Shown here piece after piece: positions 56,272-64,000 of a stretch of DNA of 64,000 nt. How positions within the stretch are numbered: position 1 is the stretch's first letter; the number at the start of each line of letters is the position of its first letter. Under the pieces are notes generated by a model. It was not told the origin of the DNA, did not search any database, and was given only the letters and a program-made list of their open reading frames with translations. The DNA lies in NCBI GenBank assembly GCA_963705305.1, contig OY970067.1, forward strand, positions 5,581,312 through 5,645,311, in the 5' to 3' direction. The DNA is from an uncultured Methylomirabilota bacterium (GTDB lineage: Bacteria; Methylomirabilota; Methylomirabilia; Methylomirabilales; 2-02-FULL-66-22). The translations under genes were made by a program, and so were the position numbers.

Positions 56272-57657
56272 TCATTTTCCGAATCGTGCCCAGTGGGCGC
56301 CAAAGAGGTCGTCTTCGCTGGGGGGCACGGGCGCAATGGGCAGGGACACCCAGGTCGTATTGATGAAGTGCTTCCATGCGATGTTCTCGCTGGCGATGTT
56401 GCCCCCCCAGGTCCCGCAGCCGAGCGTGAGCGAGAAGGGCATCCCGTTGCCGTAGTCCCCGCTATTGGCGTAGCACTGCGCCTGGCGGACCATGATGCGG
56501 CTGACGGGAGCTTGGAGAGCCAGCTCCCGAATGCGGTCCTCGCGGGTGGTGTGGATGCCACACGAGTGGCCCCGCCCGACGAACCCGGTGAGCCGCTGGA
56601 CGTACGCGATGGCCTCGGGGAAATCCGCACACCGCCAGAGCGTCAGGACCGGGGAGAGCTTCTCGCCCGAGAAGGGATCCGCGGGGCCGACGGCCTCCCC
56701 GTGCACCATCAGGAAGCGCGTGGCGGGCGGCACGGCGATGCCCGCCGCATCCGCAATCAGCCGGGCTGTCTGGCCGGGAGCCTGCCGGTTGAGATGGAGG
56801 CCGTCGGGCCACAGGAAACGCCGGAGCTTCTCGCGCTCGGCGGCGCTGCACAGATGGCCCCCCTCGGCCTCGAGGCAGCCAATCATGCGATCGAAGACGG
56901 CTGCATGAATGACCGCGGAGTTCTCGCTGGAGCAGGAGGTGGCATTGTCGAAGGTCTTGCTCTGGGCGATCTTGCGGGCCGCGTCGGCGAGGTCCGCCGT
57001 CTCATCGACGATGCACACGGCATTGCCGGCCCCCACGCCGTAGGCGGGCGTGCCGCTGGAGTACGCCGCCTTCACCATGGCCGCGCCGCCCGTGGCGACG
57101 ATGAGATCCACGGCCGCCATCAGCGCCTGGGCGTGTGCGACGGAGGGCTCGGGGATGCTCTGGACGAGATCCTCGGGCGCTCCCACCTGGCGGAGGCCGG
57201 CCCGCATGTAGCCGCAGGTGAGCGCGGCCGTCTCCTTGGCGGCCGGGTGGGGGGCGAAGATCACGGCGCTCCGGCCCTTCAGGATGGAGAGACCGTTGCA
57301 GCAGAGCGTCGAGGAGGGGTTGGTGACCGGAGTGAGCGCTCCCACCACCCCGACCGGTTTGGCGAACTTCAGGAGGCCTCGCGCCCGGTCTTCTTCGATG
57401 AGTCCGACGCTCCTCACGCCCTGGAGATCCCGCAGGGTCCCCAGCGTCTTCTTCCGATGCTTGAGCACCTTGTCCTCATACACGCCCATCCCGGTCTCTT
57501 CGCAGGCCAGACGGGCACACGTCTCGGCGTGCTCGCGGCGGTAGACCGCCCAGCCCACGGCCGCGACCAGCGCGTCCACCTGCTCCTGGGTCCAGCCTGC
57601 GACGGCGGCCTGGGCGACCCTGGCCCCGACCACCATCTCGTGCACGCTCGCCGTCAT
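56272..57657 (-). CDS. CoA-acylating aldehyde dehydrogenase (SauS / AdhE-N-like)
   Basis: AKPVGVV..TPVTNP, ATGG, GVGAGN, SKTFDNATSCSSE, SLTLGCGTWGGN. Confidence 0.88.
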   Translation of the reverse strand: MTASVHEMVVGARVAQAAVAGWTQEQVDALVAAVGWAVYRREHAETCARLACEETGMGVYEDKVLKHRKKTLGTLRDLQGVRSVGLIEEDRARGLLKFAKPVGVVGALTPVTNPSSTLCCNGLSILKGRSAVIFAPHPAAKETAALTCGYMRAGLRQVGAPEDLVQSIPEPSVAHAQALMAAVDLIVATGGAAMVKAAYSSGTPAYGVGAGNAVCIVDETADLADAARKIAQSKTFDNATSCSSENSAVIHAAVFDRMIGCLEAEGGHLCSAAEREKLRRFLWPDGLHLNRQAPGQTARLIADAAGIAVPPATRFLMVHGEAVGPADPFSGEKLSPVLTLWRCADFPEAIAYVQRLTGFVGRGHSCGIHTTREDRIRELALQAPVSRIMVRQAQCYANSGDYGNGMPFSLTLGCGTWGGNIASENIAWKHFINTTWVSLPIAPVPPSEDDLFGAHWARFGK

Positions 57658-57730
57658 ATGCGCCTCCGTCGTGTCGCTACTCTCCCGCGACGCGCATGTG
57701 AAGGATATCCGTTTCCGATGCGCGCGCGCG

Positions 57731-59179
57731 TCACTTCTTGCCCCGGTCGTACTGCAGGTACACCACATGCGTCTGCAGGTACTCCTCGAGGCCGTGCTTC
57801 CCGTCGGCCCCGCCGATTCCGGACCTCCGGCAGCCCGCATGGAACCCCTGCTTCGCCTCGCGATGCTCGCGATTGATATAGGTCTCGCCGAATCTGAACT
57901 CCCGGCACGCCCGCATGGCCACATCCAAATCTCGGGTATAGATGGAGGAGGCCAGCCCGTACTCGCAATCGTTGGCCAGCTCGATCGCCTCGTCGAGATC
58001 GCTGAAGGTGGCGATCGGGAGGACCGGCCCGAAGATCTCCTGCCGCATGATTGCGGTCTGGTGCCGGCACTGCGCCAGGACGGTCGCAGGATAATAGAAT
58101 CCCTTGAGTCGGTCGGGCCGCCGTCCGCCCAGTACGAGGGTCGCCCCGTCCTTCACTGCCTGCTGGACGGCGGCGTCCACGTGATCGCGCTGCTGCCGGC
58201 TCACCAGCGGTCCCATGTCCACACCCGGTTCGGCGAGTGGGTCCCCGTAGGTCGTGCGCTCCATGGCCTCCGCGATCTTGCCCAGGAAGATTCCGGCGAC
58301 GGCCTCGTGCACGTAGACGCGCTCCGGACACGTGCAGACCTGCCCGGCGTTCCGGATGCGGGCATTCCGAATGCACCGGGCAGCCAGGTCCAGGTCGGCG
58401 TCCGGCATGACGATGGCGGGCGCCTTTCCCCCCAGCTCCAGCGACACCTTCGTGACCTGCGCCGCCGCGGCCCGCATCACCGCCACGCCGCCCTCGACGC
58501 TCCCGGTGAAACTCACAATCCCCACCTTGGGATGCCCCGCCAGGGCAGTGCCGACCGTCGATCCGGAGCCCGACACCACGTTGACCACCCCGTTCGGCAG
58601 CGACGAGGCGGCAACAAGCTTCGCAAACTCGAAGGCGGCATTGGGGGTCTCGCTGCTCGGCTTGATGACGATGGCGTTTCCGGTGATCAGGGCCGGCGCC
58701 AGTTTCCGGACAATCATGAAGAAGGGAGAATTCCAGGGGAGGATGCCGGCGGCCACGCCGCACGGCTGCTTGAACACGAGGATGGTTTCATTCGACCGGT
58801 CGCTTTCGACGATCTCCCCCTCCACGCGGCGCGCGAATTCCGCATGGTACTCCAGATACTCGGCCGCGCTGGCAACCTCGGCCAGCGCCTGGGCGAGGGG
58901 CTTGCCCTGCTCCTCCGAGATCGTCCGCGCCAGCATCTCCTGCTGGGCGCGCGTGCCCTGGGCCAGCTCGCGCAGGAACCCGGCCCGCTCGATGGCAGGC
59001 CGCCTGGCCCAGGCACGCTGCGCTGCCTCTGCGGCCAGGACGGCAGCATCCACCTCCGCCGCGGTGGCGGCGGGAACCTCGGAGATCACCTCCTCGGTGG
59101 CCGGGTTGATGACCGGGGCCATCGTGCCGGCCGCGTTCCCCGCGAACTCCCCGTTGATGAACAGCTGATACCGTCGCAT
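57731..59179 (-). CDS. aldA: NAD-dependent aldehyde dehydrogenase, AldA-like
   Basis: PWNSP, FTGS, LELGGKAP, NAGQVCTC, EIFGP, FGETYINRE, GGADGKHG. Confidence 0.85.
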   Translation of the reverse strand: MRRYQLFINGEFAGNAAGTMAPVINPATEEVISEVPAATAAEVDAAVLAAEAAQRAWARRPAIERAGFLRELAQGTRAQQEMLARTISEEQGKPLAQALAEVASAAEYLEYHAEFARRVEGEIVESDRSNETILVFKQPCGVAAGILPWNSPFFMIVRKLAPALITGNAIVIKPSSETPNAAFEFAKLVAASSLPNGVVNVVSGSGSTVGTALAGHPKVGIVSFTGSVEGGVAVMRAAAAQVTKVSLELGGKAPAIVMPDADLDLAARCIRNARIRNAGQVCTCPERVYVHEAVAGIFLGKIAEAMERTTYGDPLAEPGVDMGPLVSRQQRDHVDAAVQQAVKDGATLVLGGRRPDRLKGFYYPATVLAQCRHQTAIMRQEIFGPVLPIATFSDLDEAIELANDCEYGLASSIYTRDLDVAMRACREFRFGETYINREHREAKQGFHAGCRRSGIGGADGKHGLEEYLQTHVVYLQYDRGKK

Positions 59180-59294
59180 CGTGCGTCGTCCCCTTTCATT
59201 GTGTGCACATTGCTCGGCGCATGGCGCAGGGCGGCGTTGGGTGGAGATCGAAATGGCAACCGATCAACGACCTGCGAAGGCAAGTAGGACTATA

Positions 59295-59312
59295 TATGCT
59301 TTAGAAAGCATA
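59295..59312. promoter_or_regulatory. Perfect palindrome, candidate operator upstream of aldA
   Basis: TATGCTTT-AG-AAAGCATA within an AT-rich patch. Confidence 0.6.
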
Positions 59313-59390
59313 ATAAAGGAAAAAAGAAAAGCGGGCCTCGCCCCGCTTGCTGCGCGCCCGCCCGTTTCTCCTGCCGGATTGTCTGTCGAG

Positions 59391-59726
59391 TCAGCCGCTC
59401 CGGAAGATGCGCACATACTCTCGCTGGGCCGCCGCATCCATCCGCCGATGGAACTCCCGGTATTTGGCCAGAAACTCCTTCCCCCGTGGTGTGAGGGCGG
59501 CCCCGCCGGTCTCCCCGCCCCCGCGCTGCCGGACAATGAATGGAAACCCAGCCGCCGCTTCCAGCTCTCGCAGGTACCCCCACACATACCGGTACGACAT
59601 CTGGAAGCGATCCGCGGCTGCCTTGATCGAGCCGAGCTCGTCGATGGCCCCCAGCAATGCGGCCCGCCCGGCCCCCAATTTTACCTCGTCCCGGAAGATG
59701 AGCCACACGCGGAGCTTCGGTGTCAT
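59391..59726 (-). CDS. ModE N-terminal-type winged-helix regulator (no molybdate-binding domain)
   Basis: LGAGRAALL.AIDELGSIKAAA....MSYRYVW...RGGGETGGAALT. Confidence 0.88.
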   Translation of the reverse strand: MTPKLRVWLIFRDEVKLGAGRAALLGAIDELGSIKAAADRFQMSYRYVWGYLRELEAAAGFPFIVRQRGGGETGGAALTPRGKEFLAKYREFHRRMDAAAQREYVRIFRSG

Positions 59727-60039
59727 GGCCGCACTCCCCTCACAGGCCTGTTCCCATATCTGCCGATGCGGTCTCGGCCTTAAGTCTAGCGCACACCGGC
59801 ATGCCCGTGAAAGCCCTTCGCGCGTGAGCGGGCCTCCGCGCGGCCGTGTCGCGAGCCGGCGCCCAATCCCTCCATTCCAGGCGGGAGCGGCCAGGCACGC
59901 GGCACGCTCTCGCATCCGGCCGCTGGGCCGACCCCCCTATGCGACCCAGGAGGACTCGGCCGTACGCATTCACTGCCGGCCTCAGAACAGGTCGGCCCGC
60001 ACGGCCGAGTGAGGGCTTGCTCGTACCGGCGGACCTTTT

Positions 60040-60306
60040 CTATTTCGCCGCCTTGTCAGCCGTTGCCTTCCGCCGGTTTGCCCAATACGCCTTCATCCGC
60101 AGGCTGAGGGCTTTCCGGGCCTTGGCGCTCATCGCTCTTCGGGTCCGCTTGGTTCGCGCCGCTGCCCGCCTGCCCACCCGCGATCGCCTCGGCCCCTCAG
60201 CGGCCAGCACTCGCTGGATGGCTGCAATCTGCCGGGAGATCTTCGTCCGTTCCGCCTGGAGCTCCGCCAACGCCTTCCGCAAGGTGATTCCGAGTTCGAT
60301 GGCCAT
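60040..60306 (-). CDS. Small, very basic protein, possibly nucleic-acid binding
   Basis: AGGAGG RBS; N-terminal coiled coil and C-terminal MSAKARKALSLRMKAYWANRRK. Confidence 0.75.
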   Translation of the reverse strand: MAIELGITLRKALAELQAERTKISRQIAAIQRVLAAEGPRRSRVGRRAAARTKRTRRAMSAKARKALSLRMKAYWANRRKATADKAAK

Positions 60307-60584
60307 GCGTCCTCCTGTAGATGGAGACCCTCAGCTGTTAAGTACCCGGGCCAGCCCGCAAAGCGGTAGCCCAGTTGACCTGGAGACTACCAGCAACCGA
60401 GCCCAACTGCCAGAGTTTCCGGTTGACAGGCCCACTTCACAGGAAGTACGTTAACTTTGTTAAAAAGAGTAAGCACGGCCTTGCTTTTGCGAAAGCCCGT
60501 CAAGCTCGCGGACATCCAGGCGGTCCTGGAGATCCTGTTCAAGCACGAACGAGCCCATTGACGGACAGCGAGAGGGGGCTCCCC

Positions 60585-61010
60585 ATGCGGCCTCCAGCCA
60601 GTCAGGATCCGGGCGGCCGCGGAGGTTCTCACGGCAACGTCCCCCGGTCGTTCCGTATCCTGGTTGCCGAGGACAACCTGCTCCTGCGGGAACTTCTGGC
60701 CGAGTACCTCCGGATCGTGGGCTGGGAGGCCGAGACCGTGGCCGACGGTTCGAGCGCCCTTGCCACCGTAGCCGCCCGCCCGCCGGACCTCCTCGTTTGC
60801 GATGTCGGATTACCCGGGCTGGGCGGGCTCGATGTCTGCCGCCGACTGAAGGCGGATCCGGCCACTCGGCGGATACTGGTGATACTCACCATCGGGGCAG
60901 ATGCGGAGATCCTCCCGCGCATTGATGCGTTCGTTGCGGACGGAGTCTTGATCAAGCCGTTCGGCCTGGCCCAACTTCAGAATCTAATTCAAACCCTTAC
61001 CCGGGGCTAG
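60585..61010 (+). CDS. Single-domain response regulator
   Basis: ILVAEDN, PDLLVCDVGLPG, LIKPF. Confidence 0.88.
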   Translation: MRPPASQDPGGRGGSHGNVPRSFRILVAEDNLLLRELLAEYLRIVGWEAETVADGSSALATVAARPPDLLVCDVGLPGLGGLDVCRRLKADPATRRILVILTIGADAEILPRIDAFVADGVLIKPFGLAQLQNLIQTLTRG

Positions 61011-61151
61011 CACCAAGGCAGGAAAGACGAACGGCGTCAGCATCCCATCTTGGGCCGGCATGGTGCAGATGGCCGCTCACTGGAAGCCGGGACGAGTATG
61101 GTGGAGGTAAGCAGGCCGGTGATCGACCATCGCACTTTGGGAGGCGGAAAC

Positions 61152-61586
61152 ATGAAAGCGCCGTGTCGATCCTGCCTGAAGGTGATCGGGGTGGGGTTCT
61201 TGTCCCTCATCCTCCTCGGGTGCGCCATCGGACGCTATTACGGCGGCTCCCGCATCCCGGAAGACCGGATCAAAGATATCCAGCCAGGGATCACCACGCG
61301 ACAGGAGATCCTGGCCTGGTTTGGTCCGCCGCAGAATTATTCGAGCCCAACACTCCTCAACCAGATCCTCCGCGAGTACGAGGTGACGCAAGAGCCCCTC
61401 ACCAGCTATCCGTTTGCAGACATTCTCTCCTACGAGTTCACCCAGGGCAATTTCAGGTTGCTCCTCCTTATCCTGTTCAATTACGTTGACGCCACCGTCA
61501 AGACGGATCACCTGGTAATCTTCTTCGGTCAAGACGGACGCGTGAAGTACTATGGCTTCCACAAAGGGACGGATGAACTGCGGTAG
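61152..61586 (+). CDS. BamE/SmpA-like lipoprotein
   Basis: Lipobox ILLGC; IQPGITTRQEILAWFGPP; LVIFFGQDGRV. Confidence 0.75.
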   Translation: MKAPCRSCLKVIGVGFLSLILLGCAIGRYYGGSRIPEDRIKDIQPGITTRQEILAWFGPPQNYSSPTLLNQILREYEVTQEPLTSYPFADILSYEFTQGNFRLLLLILFNYVDATVKTDHLVIFFGQDGRVKYYGFHKGTDELR

Positions 61587-61965
61587 GCGCGTCATCCCCG
61601 CGCTCCTGCTGGCGGTGCTGATTCCAGGCTGCACGATCGAGCGGGTCTACCTGGGGTCTGAGCTCCCCACCGCTCTCCAGGGGAAGATTACCGTGGGCTC
61701 CACCACCAAGGGCGAGATCCTGCAGATCCTCGGCCCCCCCGCCACCGTCCGCCGGCAGTACGACGGCGATCTGTTCATTTATAGCTACATCCAGCAGAAC
61801 TCGTCCCGCATCGATATCGCGGAACCGGTCGTGACGCACCTGACGGTCTTCTCCTACTCCCGCGTGCAGCAGAAGGACGACAGCCTGGTGATCCTGTTCG
61901 ATAAGAACGGCGTGGTGAAGAGCTTCGGGTTTCACCGCGGGACAAAGGAGATGACCCCATTTTGA
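61573..61965 (+). CDS. BamE/SmpA-like lipoprotein (paralog)
   Basis: Lipobox LIPGC; ITVGSTTKGEILQILGPP; LVILFDKNGVV. Confidence 0.75.
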   Translation: MNCGRRVIPALLLAVLIPGCTIERVYLGSELPTALQGKITVGSTTKGEILQILGPPATVRRQYDGDLFIYSYIQQNSSRIDIAEPVVTHLTVFSYSRVQQKDDSLVILFDKNGVVKSFGFHRGTKEMTPF

Positions 61966-62459
61966 GGGCTCCTGCGTGTGGAACAACAGGTACGCCTCGA
62001 CGGCTTGTCGGCCTGATTGCCGATACCCACGGACTGCTCCGGCCCGCCTCCGTCCAGGCGCTCCAGGGGGTCGATGCGATCATTCACGCCGGGGATATCG
62101 GGAGCCCCGAAATTTTGCGCGACCTCCGGGCCATCGCACCGGTCACCGCCGTGCGGGGAAACATCGATACGGGGGCCTGGGCAGAGGACCTTCCCCGGAC
62201 GGCTGCCATCCAGGTTGGCCAGGTGGGAATCTACATCGTGCACACGCTTCCGAGCCTCGACCTCATACCGGAGGCGGCCGGTTTTCAGGTGGTCGTCAGC
62301 GGCCACTCCCACCGCCCGGCGATTGAAGAGCGCAGCGGCGTGCTCTTCGTCAACCCCGGAAGCGCGGGGCCGCGGCGCTTCAACCTTCCGGTCACCCTTG
62401 CCGTGATGTCCGTCCAGGGGAGCGCCCTCGAAGCGAATCTGGTAGCGCTGGATCCCTGA
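61962..62459 (+). CDS. YfcE-like metallophosphoesterase
   Basis: DTHG, HAGDIG, VRGNID, GHSH, NPGSAG; exact start uncertain. Confidence 0.9.
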   Translation: MRAPACGTTGTPRRLVGLIADTHGLLRPASVQALQGVDAIIHAGDIGSPEILRDLRAIAPVTAVRGNIDTGAWAEDLPRTAAIQVGQVGIYIVHTLPSLDLIPEAAGFQVVVSGHSHRPAIEERSGVLFVNPGSAGPRRFNLPVTLAVMSVQGSALEANLVALDP

Positions 62460-62638
62460 GCGTCCGGACAGTCCTGTCTCACACGAACCGGCCCTCACCC
62501 CTGCTGTCAACGCTTGCAGGGAGGATGGCCCTCACGGAACGGGATGGGGAGCAGGCCAAGAGGCGGCTGGCGAGCCGCCCCGGGTATGATAGACTTGCCT
62601 CTTGACGGTGCACTCTTGCGCGGGGGGAGCATCATTCC

Positions 62639-63310
62639 ATGTGCGGCCGCTTCACCCTCAGTGCCTCGGCCACGGCCCTTGTGGAGCAGTTCGACCTGGC
62701 CAACCTGCCGAACTGGACGCCACGGTACAACATTGCCCCGACCCAGGAGGCGCTGACCGTTGCGATGCTGCCCGGTTTTCCCGGTCGGTACGGCCGCCTG
62801 CTCCGCTGGGGGTTGATCCCGCGTTGGGCGAAGGGACCCCGAAGCGGGTCCAGCCTGACCAACGCCCGGGCGGAGACCGTGGCGGGCAAGGCCGCGTTTC
62901 GCCACGCCTTCCGCCAGCGCCGCTGCCTCATCCTCGCGAACGGCTTCTATGAGTGGCAGCGGCAGGACCATCGCAAGCAGCCGTACTACATTCGCCTTCG
63001 TGACGATAGGCCCTTCGCATTTGCCGGCCTCTGGGAGCGCTGGGTCCCGGAGGACGGCCAGCCGCTCGACTCCTGCGCCATCCTCACCACCGCAGCGAAC
63101 ACGCTCATGAAGCCGCTACACCTCCGCATGCCGGTGATCCTGTCGTCGGCGGACGCCGAGGTGTGGCTGGACCCTGGCGTTCACGACCCGGATCGAGTCC
63201 AGCCGCTCCTTCGCCCCTACCCCGCCGAAGAGATGGTCGCCTACCCGGTGGGCCCGCTGGTGAACGATCCGGCGCACGACTCGCCGGAATGCATCGCCCC
63301 ACTGGCCTAG
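62639..63310 (+). CDS. SRAP/YedK abasic-site protecting protein
   Basis: N-terminal MCGRF; RYNIAPTQ; NARAET; FYEW; H.RMPVIL. Confidence 0.93.
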   Translation: MCGRFTLSASATALVEQFDLANLPNWTPRYNIAPTQEALTVAMLPGFPGRYGRLLRWGLIPRWAKGPRSGSSLTNARAETVAGKAAFRHAFRQRRCLILANGFYEWQRQDHRKQPYYIRLRDDRPFAFAGLWERWVPEDGQPLDSCAILTTAANTLMKPLHLRMPVILSSADAEVWLDPGVHDPDRVQPLLRPYPAEEMVAYPVGPLVNDPAHDSPECIAPLA

Positions 63311-63405
63311 CCTTCGCTCTCACCAGTGGCCTAATTTCGAGGTCGCCGTGCGGTGATATCCTGTTGCAAAGGAGGAAGGGACGTGGTTAAATATGTCTCC
63401 TTTAC

Positions 63406-63482
63406 GGGGTCGTAGTTCAGTTGGCTAGAACGCCGGCCTGTCACGCCGGAGGTCGCGGGTTCGAGTCCCGTCGGCCCCGCCA
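63406..63482 (+). tRNA. tRNA-Asp (GTC)
   Basis: Cloverleaf with CCGGC-CTGTCAC-GCCGG anticodon arm, GGTTCGAGTCC T-arm and encoded CCA. Confidence 0.97.
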
Positions 63483-63488
63483 ACAAAT

Positions 63489-64000
63489 TCAGCACTTACG
63501 TGGCTCCCCTCTCCCTTCTCCTACGCTATTGTGCGGGTTTTGTGCGGGACCCGAGCGGGTCTCGGTCGCCGGGCTCGCCGCGTTCGCCTTCGTCGGCTGA
63601 CTGCCGAGGTACACTGCCAGCCGGTCGGCCGCCTGCCGTAGATCCCCCTCGGAGACAATGTTGTAGCGGTCGAAGATGTTCCGCGTCCGGTGGCCGAGCA
63701 GGGTCATTGCCACCCGTTCGGGGACGCCACTGCGGACGAGGTTCCGCGCCGCCGTCCGCCGGCAGTCGTGTATGAGCTTGCCGGGGAGCTTCGCCGCCTT
63801 GCACGCCTTCGCCCAGGTCTTCCGCCAGTCGCCCACCGGGAGCCCGTCGCGGTAATGGAACACCAGGGGGCAGTCTTCCCGCCGGGCTGCGAGACGACGT
63901 TCGAGTACCTCTCGGAGCGCTGGAGACAGCGGGAGCAGCCGCCCGGCCTTCGTCTTCGACCGCTGCGGGCTCAGGCGCACAACACCGCCGGCAAGGTCCA
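63489..64000 (-). CDS. Tyrosine recombinase/integrase, C-terminal part (runs off the right edge)
   Basis: KTK...HDCRRT...LGHRT...FDRY catalytic residues; stop 6 nt from the tRNA 3' end. Confidence 0.92.
   Translation of the reverse strand, partial: DLAGGVVRLSPQRSKTKAGRLLPLSPALREVLERRLAARREDCPLVFHYRDGLPVGDWRKTWAKACKAAKLPGKLIHDCRRTAARNLVRSGVPERVAMTLLGHRTRNIFDRYNIVSEGDLRQAADRLAVYLGSQPTKANAASPATETRSGPAQNPHNSVGEGRGEPRKC

Noticed and set aside
62639..63310. SRAP gene as cargo of the integrative element
   Set aside because: It lies on the chromosomal side (5') of the tRNA, outside the predicted att boundary
1..64000. CRISPR array, rRNA genes or anti-phage defence operon
   Set aside because: No regularly spaced repeats or rRNA-like tracts seen; the ATPase and dynamin genes lack nuclease or effector partners and are better explained by the fluoride riboswitch context

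Overview
GC-rich bacterial chromosomal segment; the organism cannot be identified from this window alone. The main signal is a ~27 kb + strand island (about 4520-31220) carrying four fluoride (crcB-class) riboswitch candidates, each behind a sigma70-like promoter. Unit 1 is a 12-gene operon: TPR protein, helical hypothetical, double Cys/His (DUF6062-like) protein, MFS transporter, HEAT-repeat protein, a pair of MutS-domain-V ATPases and a MoxR/DUF58/DUF4129 module. Unit 2 is decayed: a cytidylate-kinase-like fragment and a frameshifted AAA ATPase. Unit 3 is enolase, followed by a hydrogenase-4-like membrane complex whose large subunit lacks the NiFe ligands (Ehr type). Unit 4 is a dynamin-like GTPase. 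No Fluc/CrcB or CLC-F fluoride exporter is recognisable in the window. The remainder is mostly housekeeping or metabolic: DAHP synthase, Na/Pi cotransporter, an ArsR-ABC unit with an unannotated 45-aa Cys/His peptide, AhbC-like radical SAM, M1 aminopeptidase, ribokinase, LOG, TsaA, LepB, FabL-like SDR, and two aldehyde dehydrogenases next to a ModE-like regulator. There are also two families of CTAG-flanked MITE-like elements, and a tRNA-Asp abutted by a tyrosine integrase at the right edge. All family calls rest on motif recognition by eye, not on database searches.
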